From a virus (Duplodnaviria; Caudoviricetes): a stretch of 47,185 nucleotides of DNA. The notes beneath the pieces were generated by a model. It was not told the DNA's origin, did not search any database, and saw only the letters and a list, made by a program, of their open reading frames with translations. The position numbers and the translations under genes were made by a program. The stretch spans positions 1 to 47,185 of IMG/VR virus record IMGVR_UViG_3300046717_000333; one strand, given 5' to 3'. Of this stretch, positions 25,359 to 33,975 are shown piece by piece. The stretch's first letter is position 1, and each line of letters begins with the position of its first letter.

Positions 25359-25564
25359 GTCGACCCGTCAGACGACGCGCCCGCCATGTAGGCCTCGAAG
25401 GACGATCGGGTCACGCGCCAGGTGGCCCTGCGCGCACCCTTGGCCCGCATGTCGATCGCCAGCAGATCACCCGTCCGGATCAACTTGTAGATGACGGGGA
25501 TGTTGACGTTCGCAGCCTTCGCCACGTCGCTGACCTTGAGCACCACGCGCGGATCTTCGATCAT
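25355..25564 (-). CDS. xis: Excisionase (HTH_17)
   Basis: LKVSDVAKAANVNIPVIYKLIRTGDLLAI...WRVTRSSFEAY. Confidence 0.75.
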   Translation of the reverse strand: MIEDPRVVLKVSDVAKAANVNIPVIYKLIRTGDLLAIDMRAKGARRATWRVTRSSFEAYMAGASSDGST

Positions 25565-25749
25565 AGGGAGCACCCCATTCCTCGCGGAGGCCCCCAGGCC
25601 TTCACGCTTACCTTCACTCGCACCAGAACTTGGTAGGGCCCGCCCCCTAGACATCGTCGGACCCTGCCCCTACGCACTTCGATGTCGCGGAAACCGTACT
25701 GCCACCCGTTCGTAACGTAAAGTAGAAAATCAACTTTCTCGTCATACGT

Positions 25750-26940
25750 TTATTCTCCCGTCGGTGAGACGAGCTTGAGCATCTCGGGAGGCACCCGAGC
25801 TTTCGCTCTCTCAAGCCTCAAAATCATGTCGTTCGCCTGCGCTTTCGTGAGCACCGAAGAGGTCTCGACCCCGTAGTACGTCTTCATCCCATGCCTATAG
25901 GACTCCTCGGTTATTCCCAGTTCGCGCTGGAGAATGTGGATGTGTGCGATCTGGGTCTGGAGCGCCTTCGGCTCGCGCGTGAACTCTCCGGTCTTTTTAT
26001 TCTCGACCTCGATCGTGTTGTCGTCGATCGAGCGCTGGAGCAGCACCTCCAGCTCCGACGGCACCGGCGCTCCGACGATGCGGCGTAGCTCGTTGTCCAA
26101 CTCGCGGTGACCGTCGGCGCTCGGGTCCACGACGGCGCGGGGCCAGTTGCCCATCAGCGGCGCGCCGGTCTCTTTCGAGTGCGACAGCTCGGGCACGTTG
26201 GGCGGCGGCGCCGGCTTGGCCAGCGTCTGGTCGAAGCAGGGATCGTCTCGGCGCACCCACACCTCGACGGCCTTGTAGCCGAAGCGACTCGTATCGGGGT
26301 TCTTGATCTTCACACAGTGCTGCGCGCGCCAGCGGCCCGCGGTGTCGGGATCCCACAACTCGGCGGCGATGCCCAAGTCCTTCCCGCAGCGGGTAAGGGC
26401 GTCGGTCTTGGCGCTCTCCAGCGCGGTGCCGAAGTCGCTCTTGGCGTTCTCGGTGATCCAGGTGCCCTTGCCCGTCGACTCGGCGGCGAACCGGCCGAGC
26501 ACGTAGAGGCGGGCGCTGTAGAACACCGTGGGGTTCTTGCCGGGCGCGCGCTCGGTCACCTGGGAGACCGGCACCAGGCCCCAGGCGCCGATGCCGAAGG
26601 CCTCGTTCAAGCGCCGCCGATAGTAGACGCCCGGCAGGTACAGGTTCCCATCATCGGGTCTGATGTGTATCTCCTGGTCGGTCAGGGGGCGGCTCAAGAT
26701 CGCCTGGGCCTCCTTGCTGTAGGCCTCCTTGGCGACCCCGGCGTAGGGCTCGGTGGCGATCGAGGTCACCGGCTCGGCCTTCACCGGCGGCAACTCCCCA
26801 GGCGCCAGCAGGCGGCTCTCGGGGCGCGTCGGCACGTAGGTGAGGGCCTGCTCCTCGTCTTCGAGCGGGACGCCCGCCTGGCTCTGCTCGTAGCGCTTGG
26901 CGACGGCCTCGGACATCGGCGGCTGCTGCTTGCCGGTCAA
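25750..26940 (-). CDS. Mgm101/Rad52-family single-strand annealing protein with a C-terminal helical domain
   Basis: IHIRPDDGNLYLPGVYYRRRLNEAFGIGAWGLVP and ESAKTDALTRCGKDLGIAAELWDP closely follow Mgm101 motifs. Confidence 0.85.
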   Translation of the reverse strand: MTGKQQPPMSEAVAKRYEQSQAGVPLEDEEQALTYVPTRPESRLLAPGELPPVKAEPVTSIATEPYAGVAKEAYSKEAQAILSRPLTDQEIHIRPDDGNLYLPGVYYRRRLNEAFGIGAWGLVPVSQVTERAPGKNPTVFYSARLYVLGRFAAESTGKGTWITENAKSDFGTALESAKTDALTRCGKDLGIAAELWDPDTAGRWRAQHCVKIKNPDTSRFGYKAVEVWVRRDDPCFDQTLAKPAPPPNVPELSHSKETGAPLMGNWPRAVVDPSADGHRELDNELRRIVGAPVPSELEVLLQRSIDDNTIEVENKKTGEFTREPKALQTQIAHIHILQRELGITEESYRHGMKTYYGVETSSVLTKAQANDMILRLERAKARVPPEMLKLVSPTGE

Positions 26941-27194
26941 AGCGGCTTCTCCAGGTCGGCGGCGATGACCTCGTCCTTGGGCTGCAAGATCCCCCAGCCG
27001 TTGCAGGCCGGGCAGATCTGGCTCATCGTCTGGTAGAGGACCCGCCCGTCGCCCTCACAGATCGGGCAGCAAATGCACTGGCTACCATCGCCAGTCTCGG
27101 CCGATTCGATCGGCTCTTGGCAGTTCGGGCACAACCCCTGCCCGTCCCGCCCCTCGTCGTGACCTTCGAGCAGAAGATCGTCATGAGTAGGCAT
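26937..27194 (-). CDS. DnaJ-type CxxCxGxG Zn-finger protein
   Basis: CPICEGDG and CPACNGWG. Confidence 0.65.
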   Translation of the reverse strand: MPTHDDLLLEGHDEGRDGQGLCPNCQEPIESAETGDGSQCICCPICEGDGRVLYQTMSQICPACNGWGILQPKDEVIAADLEKPL

Positions 27195-27260
27195 CAGGGT
27201 TATACTGGCCCTGACGACCGGGTACCTCAAGGGAAAAGAACTCTAGGTACTCAGAAAGTT

Positions 27261-27710
27261 CTAACCCCTGAAAATTCCATGAGGCCAGGACGAGTCCACA
27301 GCCGGGACCTCCGAGCGTCCGTGTTCGTCTCGAAATTCGGCCTCTATCTTCTTGGCCCAGAACTCGGGGATGGGCCGCTTGCGCGCCGGCTTGAGCCAGT
27401 TCTTGACCGTCTCGACGCTGACCGGGGGGTTCCGCTGCCGGCGGGCCCAGTCGGGGACCATCATCTGGCGCTTCATGAGCGCCCTGCGGAAGGGCAAGAG
27501 CAGAACGACCTTGCTTATCGTGCGCTGGAAGACGGGGCCCCCGATGATGCGCTTCTTCGGCTCGCTGTTGCGCGCGACCTCCCGCATCCGCCGCGCGCGC
27601 TCCTCCAGCTCCAGCGCTTCGAGGCGTTTCTTGCGCGCGTCCTGGTACGCCTCAAGGGCCAACTTTTCCAGCTCTTCTTGATAGGCATTGCGCTTCTTCT
27701 TTCGTGGCAT
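27261..27710 (-). CDS. HTH transcriptional regulator (repressor candidate), probably leaderless
   Basis: VSVETVKNWLK...PIPEFWAKKI HTH-like segment; TG-G-TACCTT -10 box 8 nt before the ATG; divergent arrangement. Confidence 0.55.
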   Translation of the reverse strand: MPRKKKRNAYQEELEKLALEAYQDARKKRLEALELEERARRMREVARNSEPKKRIIGGPVFQRTISKVVLLLPFRRALMKRQMMVPDWARRQRNPPVSVETVKNWLKPARKRPIPEFWAKKIEAEFRDEHGRSEVPAVDSSWPHGIFRG

Positions 27711-27712
27711 CG

Positions 27713-28129
27713 ATGAACAAGGTACCACAGGAACAAAAACAAGGTACCGAGAATCAAGTGCAGACCCTATGGATCCCGGGGCCCATGCCCAGCTTGAATC
27801 AACTGGTGGGCGGCAAGGTGCGGGTGCGCATCCTGCTCAAGGCCCAGTGGATCGATGTCGTCGTCGCCGTCGCCATGCTCAAGCGGCTACGCCCGATGAA
27901 GCGGGTCCGCATGTACTACGAAGCCTACGAAAAACGGGGCGGCGAGCAGGGCCGCGATCCCTTGAACATCTACGCGGGCGCTGCAAAAGTGATCGAAGAT
28001 GCCCTCGTGCAGGCACGCATTTTAAGCGGGGACCACCAGGGCGTAGTGAAGCAAATCGTCTTTGGCCCCATCACTCACCGGCCCGAAAAACCCGGCATCT
28101 TGCTGCGCATGGAAGAGGTCCTCGACTAA
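27713..28129 (+). CDS. rusA: RusA-like Holliday junction resolvase
   Basis: IPGPMPSLN...RDPLN...KVIEDALVQARILSGD; start uncertain (27713 or GTG at 27758). Confidence 0.7.
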   Translation: MNKVPQEQKQGTENQVQTLWIPGPMPSLNQLVGGKVRVRILLKAQWIDVVVAVAMLKRLRPMKRVRMYYEAYEKRGGEQGRDPLNIYAGAAKVIEDALVQARILSGDHQGVVKQIVFGPITHRPEKPGILLRMEEVLD

Positions 28130-28174
28130 TTTTCTTGCATCGACCGCGAAGTGCGTATTACGGTCTTCGCCATC

Positions 28175-28372
28175 GTGCGTAAAAGAGCCACGGTTTCCGA
28201 ACCGCCCCGCCTGGTGAAGGCTGTCCGCTGGAACGCCGAGGAGTGGGCCGTCGTCGAGCACCACGCCCGCAAGATGGGCATGACCGCGAGCCAGTTCGTT
28301 CGCGCTCGCGCGCTCGGCACGCCCTTTAACGAAATCGAATTCGGAAAGAGCATGCCGCGCAAGACGGCCTAA
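28175..28372 (+). CDS. Ribbon-helix-helix (MobC-like) protein
   Basis: KAVRWNAEEWAVVEHHARKMGMTASQFVRARAL. Confidence 0.7.
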   Translation: MRKRATVSEPPRLVKAVRWNAEEWAVVEHHARKMGMTASQFVRARALGTPFNEIEFGKSMPRKTA

Positions 28373-28396
28373 TTCGAAGAGGGGAGGGAGGGGAAA

Positions 28397-28636
28397 ATGC
28401 AGCAAGAGACAGAGCGCCAACTGTGGCTGTGGGCCATCTACGAGCACCCGAAGGACTACCCGGGCAAGTACGTTGTGCGCCGATGCGTGGTTGTGCCAGA
28501 GGGCCCGCGCCACGCTCTGATTCCTGACCTGGTTTGCGACACGCTCGAAGAGGCGCGCGGAGGTATGCCGCCTGGTCTTTTCAATCTCGGCAGAAAAGAA
28601 GCTGACGATCCTGTCATCGTAGAAACTTGGATCTGA
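28397..28636 (+). CDS. Conserved hypothetical phage protein
   Basis: IYEHPKDYPGKYVVRR...DDPVIVETWI; strong SD. Confidence 0.75.
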   Translation: MQQETERQLWLWAIYEHPKDYPGKYVVRRCVVVPEGPRHALIPDLVCDTLEEARGGMPPGLFNLGRKEADDPVIVETWI

Positions 28637-28654
28637 CAAACAAAGGAGACCCCC

Positions 28655-29017
28655 ATGAAGTCATCCGAACTGCATCGCAAGATGAAGATCACCCTCTGGC
28701 TCGACCCTGCTGAATACTGGCAAATGATGCGGATGAGCACGACACTAGCCTCTGGGAATTTGTCGATGCACAAATTCATCAAGGCGCAGTTAGGGCTGGT
28801 CAAGCCGAAGGACGCCGAGGCGCCCACGCGCTCGATCCTTTCGATCGTGAACAAGATGGTCCCCTACGTCTCGCAGGAAGAGCGCGCCCAGCGTGACCAG
28901 CAGGCCGCCCAGCAGGCCCAGGGCCGCTCGATGGCCGTGTCACCCCGTCGCCAGGCGATGGCCGCCCGTGTGGCCGCGCGCAAGCCCCGTAGCCCCCGTC
29001 GCCACCTGGCCGCTTGA
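28655..29017 (+). CDS. Possible RHH-like regulator
   Basis: KITLWLDPAEY...SMHKFIKAQL; AAGGAG SD. Confidence 0.55.
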   Translation: MKSSELHRKMKITLWLDPAEYWQMMRMSTTLASGNLSMHKFIKAQLGLVKPKDAEAPTRSILSIVNKMVPYVSQEERAQRDQQAAQQAQGRSMAVSPRRQAMAARVAARKPRSPRRHLAA

Positions 29018-29640
29018 TGGCTCTTGTCGAACTGGTGAAAAAAGACAAAGAGGATCCCGCCGCCGTCCCCGAACCAGCCCCCGGGCGACGCTTTCAGGTC
29101 TGGAAGCCCAAGGGGGAGCGCCTTTTCAAGGCTCACATCGTCCTGCCCGACGGCTACAAGGAGGTCGTCGACACCGGGCACAACTCGCCGACCAAGGCCA
29201 ATGGCTTCGCGCGGGCCCGCCTGGCGAAGCTTCAGCGGGAGCGGGGCGTCCCCACGATGTCGGAAGAGATGCGCGCGCGAGGGGAGATCCCCACGCACGA
29301 GCGGCACAGAATGAACCTGAAGGCGAAGGCAGCAGGGCTGCCCGTCCCGTTCCCGCCAGGCCATCGAGGAAACGCGCCAGGGCTGGCGGCGATGGTGCCC
29401 CGCCGAGGGCCGGCGCCGATCCCAACGCCAGCGGAGCCGAGTAGTGAGTGGCGCTCCTTCGCCCGGACCTATGAACAGCGGTGCATGCAGGCCTTCATGC
29501 GGATCACGGAGCTGATGCTGTTAGGCACGGCGGACGATCCCCAGGCCTTCGTGGACCACATCCGCGCCGTGGTGCTGGAGACCATGGAGGGGGCGCGCAA
29601 GGCGCGGGGCCCGGGGCGCCCGCGCGGAGGTGGCTACTAG
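29017..29640 (+). CDS. Hypothetical protein with an integrase arm-binding-like N-terminal domain
   Basis: FKAHIVLPDGYKEVVDTGHNSPTKANGFARARLAKL. Confidence 0.5.
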   Translation: MALVELVKKDKEDPAAVPEPAPGRRFQVWKPKGERLFKAHIVLPDGYKEVVDTGHNSPTKANGFARARLAKLQRERGVPTMSEEMRARGEIPTHERHRMNLKAKAAGLPVPFPPGHRGNAPGLAAMVPRRGPAPIPTPAEPSSEWRSFARTYEQRCMQAFMRITELMLLGTADDPQAFVDHIRAVVLETMEGARKARGPGRPRGGGY

Positions 29641-29692
29641 GGATCACGCCCACGGGGCGGCTCCAGCGGAAGCGGGGGAGGCCGCCGGGGGG

Positions 29693-29995
29693 CTAGGGCT
29701 TCGGAAGCTGCCTTAGAATCTTGGCGACAATGCGCGCGGCGTTCGGCTGCTGACCAGGCCAGCCGAGCATCTGGCGCAGCACGGGGACGTGCTCGTCGGG
29801 GATGTCGACGTCGACAGGCTCGGTGGACATCGTCGCCGTGGACACTTCCGCCTGGCCCATGAACTCGGCGATGCCGAGGAGAGTCTCCAGGTCGTCCTGG
29901 GCGAGCAGAATCTCGGGCGAACCGCCCCGGGAGGCCGGCTTCATGAATAGGGCGGCGATGGCCGCCCGGTCCACCTGCGATAGCGCCAAGATCAC
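29693..29995 (-). CDS. Hypothetical protein, last gene of the virion operon
   Basis: GTG at 29995 overlaps the upstream stop. Confidence 0.6.
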   Translation of the reverse strand: MILALSQVDRAAIAALFMKPASRGGSPEILLAQDDLETLLGIAEFMGQAEVSTATMSTEPVDVDIPDEHVPVLRQMLGWPGQQPNAARIVAKILRQLPKP

Positions 29996-30345
29996 GCGAC
30001 GGTGCCCGGCGGGAGAAGGCCGGCGGCGAGCAGGACCGACTCGGCGGCCTTGTTGCGCACGGTGATGTTGCCGGTGTAGGCCGCGACCAGATCGGTAAAG
30101 GCGGTCGGCGTCGCCACAGAGAAGATCTCGACGCGATCGTTGTAGCCGACGGGCGCAGCGGTGGCCCGCAGCCCCTGGCTCGTCCCGTCGCGCACGTAAA
30201 GGGTCACGATGGAATAGGTGAGGCTCCCCGTGCCCAGGACGCTGCAAGAGACGGTGGCGACGCTCGTGTTGCCGTCGAGTAGGACCGCGTCGACGTGGAC
30301 GCGCTGAATGTTGGGAATGGTGATGGCGGTCGTAAGAGTGAGCAT
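29992..30345 (-). CDS. Putative tail-associated protein
   Basis: AAGGAG SD; T/V/A-rich. Confidence 0.6.
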   Translation of the reverse strand: MLTLTTAITIPNIQRVHVDAVLLDGNTSVATVSCSVLGTGSLTYSIVTLYVRDGTSQGLRATAAPVGYNDRVEIFSVATPTAFTDLVAAYTGNITVRNKAAESVLLAAGLLPPGTVA

Positions 30346-30364
30346 CTGAATCTCCTTTTTCGAA

Positions 30365-31150
30365 CTAGCCCGGGGTCCGGCCGGTCTCTACCCACTTGCC
30401 GAGCGCGGTGTCCCGGCGCACGGTGAGACGCGATCCCGCCGTGGCGACATAGTTAACCGAACCCGAAAGGGCGAATGGATACGTCCCGCCGGGGGGCGCC
30501 CCGGTGTTGTTGTTCACGGTGACGGCGGCGACGAAGTAGAGAACCATGGCCGTTCCGTCTTGGATCCCCGTGTTGGTGAGAAAATCGATCGCCGTCGAGC
30601 CGGTGACGTGAACGTAGTTGCCATCGATCCCAACCGTGATCGTCGACGCTGACGCAATGTCGGCGCCCTTGCGTTCGGACACCCGATTGAGAAAGGCAAT
30701 CCCGCCAGCCGATCCAAGAATTTCGCAAGCGCCTGTGCCGTTCTGGCGACCGACGGAAACGTCTCCATATTGGCCGTAGCCAATATGGGCCGAGCCGCCA
30801 ATGACAGTCAGCTGATTGAAGGAGATATAGAGCGCGTCCTGGAGCGCCCCTCCCTGCATCATCTGGATCGTGCGCGTCGCCACCTCGCCCCCGTTGGTGG
30901 CAGTTACCCACGATATGGTATCGTTCATTGCGCGCCGAACAACGCCGCCAGCGCTTTCCAGGTCGACGCCAAAGGTTGCGCCGAAGCCAGCGGCGGCGGT
31001 GCCCGAGGTAATATGGCGCAGAACGAGAACGTCGCCCGACGTGTTGGTCGCCGCGTCGTCGAGGACAAGCGTGCTCGGCAACGTGGCGGCGCCCCCTCCG
31101 CCCCCTCCGCCCCCGGTGCTGGGCGGGATATTCCCGATGTCCGTGGGCAT
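30365..31150 (-). CDS. Putative tail fibre/virion protein
   Basis: Poly-Gly hinge; G/T/A-rich beta composition. Confidence 0.6.
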   Translation of the reverse strand: MPTDIGNIPPSTGGGGGGGGAATLPSTLVLDDAATNTSGDVLVLRHITSGTAAAGFGATFGVDLESAGGVVRRAMNDTISWVTATNGGEVATRTIQMMQGGALQDALYISFNQLTVIGGSAHIGYGQYGDVSVGRQNGTGACEILGSAGGIAFLNRVSERKGADIASASTITVGIDGNYVHVTGSTAIDFLTNTGIQDGTAMVLYFVAAVTVNNNTGAPPGGTYPFALSGSVNYVATAGSRLTVRRDTALGKWVETGRTPG

Positions 31151-31153
31151 GGC

Positions 31154-31555
31154 TTACTGTCCCACCGAGCGATCGGCCTCGACCAGGCGGACGGAGACCT
31201 CCCAGAGCGTCGGCACGGTGCCGGTGGTGATCATGAGTCGGGTGTCATCGCCGACGCAAAGCACGTCGCGTTCGAAGAACGTATTGGCGGCGATGGCCTC
31301 GCCCGCGCCCGCGCCGTTGTAGGTGCGCCAGGTGGTCGAGTTGACGGTCACGTTCTGCGCAAAGAACGTCGCCGCCTGGTCGGTCTGCACGCGGATGATG
31401 GCCCGGCGCACGCGCGGGTGGGTCCTGCGGCGAGCGAACGGCGTGCCCTTGCCGGGGTCGGCCGTCGTATCCCAGAGGACAATGTTGCTCGCGCCCGCCG
31501 GGACGTTCCTGATGGCGTCGTTGGAGATGAAGATGTCCATGTTGGTGCTGCTCAT
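31154..31555 (-). CDS. Putative virion protein
   Basis: 133 aa, beta-rich, ATGA overlap. Confidence 0.55.
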   Translation of the reverse strand: MSSTNMDIFISNDAIRNVPAGASNIVLWDTTADPGKGTPFARRRTHPRVRRAIIRVQTDQAATFFAQNVTVNSTTWRTYNGAGAGEAIAANTFFERDVLCVGDDTRLMITTGTVPTLWEVSVRLVEADRSVGQ

Positions 31556-33975
31556 TGGCCTTGTCCTTTTTGGAGTTCGATATAGGCCTCGGCCTTTTGG
31601 CCGAGGTCGGCACCGCGCGCGGCCCCGAGAGCCCTCGCAATGTTCTGGACCTTGAGGGCCTTCGCCGGCCTGTAGAGAACGCGCCCCATGATGGGGTCTT
31701 TGTTCTGGGCTGCGGCCAAGAGGGCGGCGACGAGGGGATGCTTCGTTGCCATCAGGCCGACGCCGAGGGCAGGATTGACCTCACCGGCGGCTTGCGCGAC
31801 CGCCCCGCCGTGTTTTGGCTTGATGCGAAACGAGAGGTCGCTGCGCGCGTTCTGCAACACCGGCAAATCGATGTTGCGCCCCTGGCTCGGGTACTTCTCC
31901 CGAAACGCCGGCAGATTGGCCCGGTTGGCACCGGCGGCGGGACTATTTCGCACCTGGCGTTCGAGCGCGATCCGAACCTGGTTTTCATCGACCGCCCGCT
32001 GGCCGATGTTTTCATTCAGGCCTAGCAGGTTGCGGTCGGGGATGGCGGCCTCGCTGCCCCTGTTGACCCGCGCCAAGGTGTCCGCCTCTTTGGCCAGCAC
32101 TTCGGCCTTGGTCGTGCGCGCGGCCTCTTCGGCGGCAAACCGGCGAGCCTCGGCGTCTTGGATCCGCTGGCGATAGGGCCCCATGTCGGCGCCAGGAGGT
32201 GGTCCCTCCCCTGGGAACGCCGTGGGGTCCTTCACCGACCGCACCATGCGGGCCTTGACCATGGCCTCTTCCGTCGCGGGGTTGCTGCCCCGTCGCCCTT
32301 TCAGCCCCAGGCCCTCGCGCCCCGCCTCCAGCGCCGACGCCGATTCAGCAAAGAGCTTGTTAAGCGGCGCATAGGGGCCCTGGTCGACCATCTCTCTGGC
32401 GAGGCCTGCGGCCTTGGCGAGGGCGGCATCGTGCCCGCGGGGCACCTCGGCACCGACGTTGCCCATCCCGCTGAGCTTTCGGCGAAGTCCGTTCAATTGC
32501 CACTCGGGCACCATCACCGGGCCGCCGAGGATGGGATCGCGGAAGGTGTCCAACTCTTTGAGCAGCCCGGCGATCTGCTGTTTCACGTCGTCGGGCGTGC
32601 CGAGGTAGTGCTGGGCGTCCTGGAGGTGCTCAATCACCGGGGTGATGTCGCGCTTGTTGAATGCCGCGGGCGAGTTGTCGATCTGCTCCTTGAGCACGCG
32701 ATAGGGCTCGGAGCCCTCGATGCGGTGGCGCTCGTTGAGGTCGGAAAGAAGTTCGGGCGCGGCGCCGTGCGCATGCAGACGCGCCTCTTCGTTCACGTCG
32801 CGGATCTCTTCCCGCGCATCTCGCCCCGCAGCGCTGGCCTCAGTCTCACCGCGCCTGATGGCGTCCACGCGGTCGGCGCGGGCCTGCCTGACGAGGTCGG
32901 GGCCTTCGCGGTAGTCATATCCGTGCTCGGTCGCGTGCTGGCCTTCGACGTGTGAAACAATGCCCTGGGAGCCGATCTGCGCGGCCCTGCCGATCGCGGC
33001 GTCGTCGGTCCCCAGGCCTTTGAGTTCGTCGGCAAACACGCCCCCTTTGCCCGGGGTGAGAAGGCCCGCATGCGCGCCGCCGCTGCGATTGGAATCGATC
33101 AGCGCTCGCGCCTTGCCGCCCTTGGAGCCCAGCACGCCGCGCTTGAAGGCGCTGCCCACAGCCGCGCCGCCGACGCTGAGACCGAGGCCCATGGGGTCCA
33201 GCGCCGCCTCTTTTGCAGCCCTTTTGGCGGCCTCCAATCGACCCGGCCCTCCCGGTTGTGGCTCCTCCCCCACCGCCGCCACCGCCGCCGTCAGGGGGGC
33301 GACCGCTTCATAGTTGGCAAACGAGCCGGCAACGTCTCGGGCGACTCCTGGAACCTTCGAGACGTATCCGAGGCCCTTCGCCACCAACTGGGGCGCTGCG
33401 CGCTCGGCAACGGCGCCCCCGGCCTTGCCGAGGAAGCCCATAGCGTTGCCGAGGGGGTTGGCGAGCCCCATCCCCAGAACGCTCCCCGCGGTGCGGTAGC
33501 CCGGAGCGGCCACGGCGTCGTCGACCACCTGGTCAGGCGCCATGTGGCGTTCCGAGATGGAGGGAAACTCCTCGTTCATGTTCTTGTCGACGTACTCGCC
33601 GAGCTTCTGCGCGTAGCCGGCGGTCACCGTATCGCTGAGACCCCGCTCCAGTTCCCGCCGCTTGGCGGGATTGGTCAGCGCGAACCGATCCACGAACTCG
33701 GCGCGCTTCTCTGGGTCGGCGATGGTGTCGATTGGGCTGGTCATGGCGCCCGCGACCACGGGGAGCTGTTCGGCGGCGACATGGCCGAGACTGTTGAGCC
33801 CGCCCCAGATCGTGCGCCCGGCCCGGCGGAAGAACCCCGGCTCGGCGGGCTTCACCTCCACCGCCCCCGCCAATTCCTCGGGAGAAAGCTTGCGCGGCCC
33901 ACTCGTCGTTGGAGCCGGATCTCCGAGGTCTTCGGCGCCGGCCAGTTCCTCGGGCGTTAGTTTACGGCCCGCCAT
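31552..33975 (-). CDS. Large internal virion (DNA ejection) protein
   Basis: 807 aa, A/G-rich helical; third gene after the gp10-like gene; RKL(T/S)PEELAGA repeat at the N-terminus. Confidence 0.65.
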   Translation of the reverse strand: MAGRKLTPEELAGAEDLGDPAPTTSGPRKLSPEELAGAVEVKPAEPGFFRRAGRTIWGGLNSLGHVAAEQLPVVAGAMTSPIDTIADPEKRAEFVDRFALTNPAKRRELERGLSDTVTAGYAQKLGEYVDKNMNEEFPSISERHMAPDQVVDDAVAAPGYRTAGSVLGMGLANPLGNAMGFLGKAGGAVAERAAPQLVAKGLGYVSKVPGVARDVAGSFANYEAVAPLTAAVAAVGEEPQPGGPGRLEAAKRAAKEAALDPMGLGLSVGGAAVGSAFKRGVLGSKGGKARALIDSNRSGGAHAGLLTPGKGGVFADELKGLGTDDAAIGRAAQIGSQGIVSHVEGQHATEHGYDYREGPDLVRQARADRVDAIRRGETEASAAGRDAREEIRDVNEEARLHAHGAAPELLSDLNERHRIEGSEPYRVLKEQIDNSPAAFNKRDITPVIEHLQDAQHYLGTPDDVKQQIAGLLKELDTFRDPILGGPVMVPEWQLNGLRRKLSGMGNVGAEVPRGHDAALAKAAGLAREMVDQGPYAPLNKLFAESASALEAGREGLGLKGRRGSNPATEEAMVKARMVRSVKDPTAFPGEGPPPGADMGPYRQRIQDAEARRFAAEEAARTTKAEVLAKEADTLARVNRGSEAAIPDRNLLGLNENIGQRAVDENQVRIALERQVRNSPAAGANRANLPAFREKYPSQGRNIDLPVLQNARSDLSFRIKPKHGGAVAQAAGEVNPALGVGLMATKHPLVAALLAAAQNKDPIMGRVLYRPAKALKVQNIARALGAARGADLGQKAEAYIELQKGQGQ

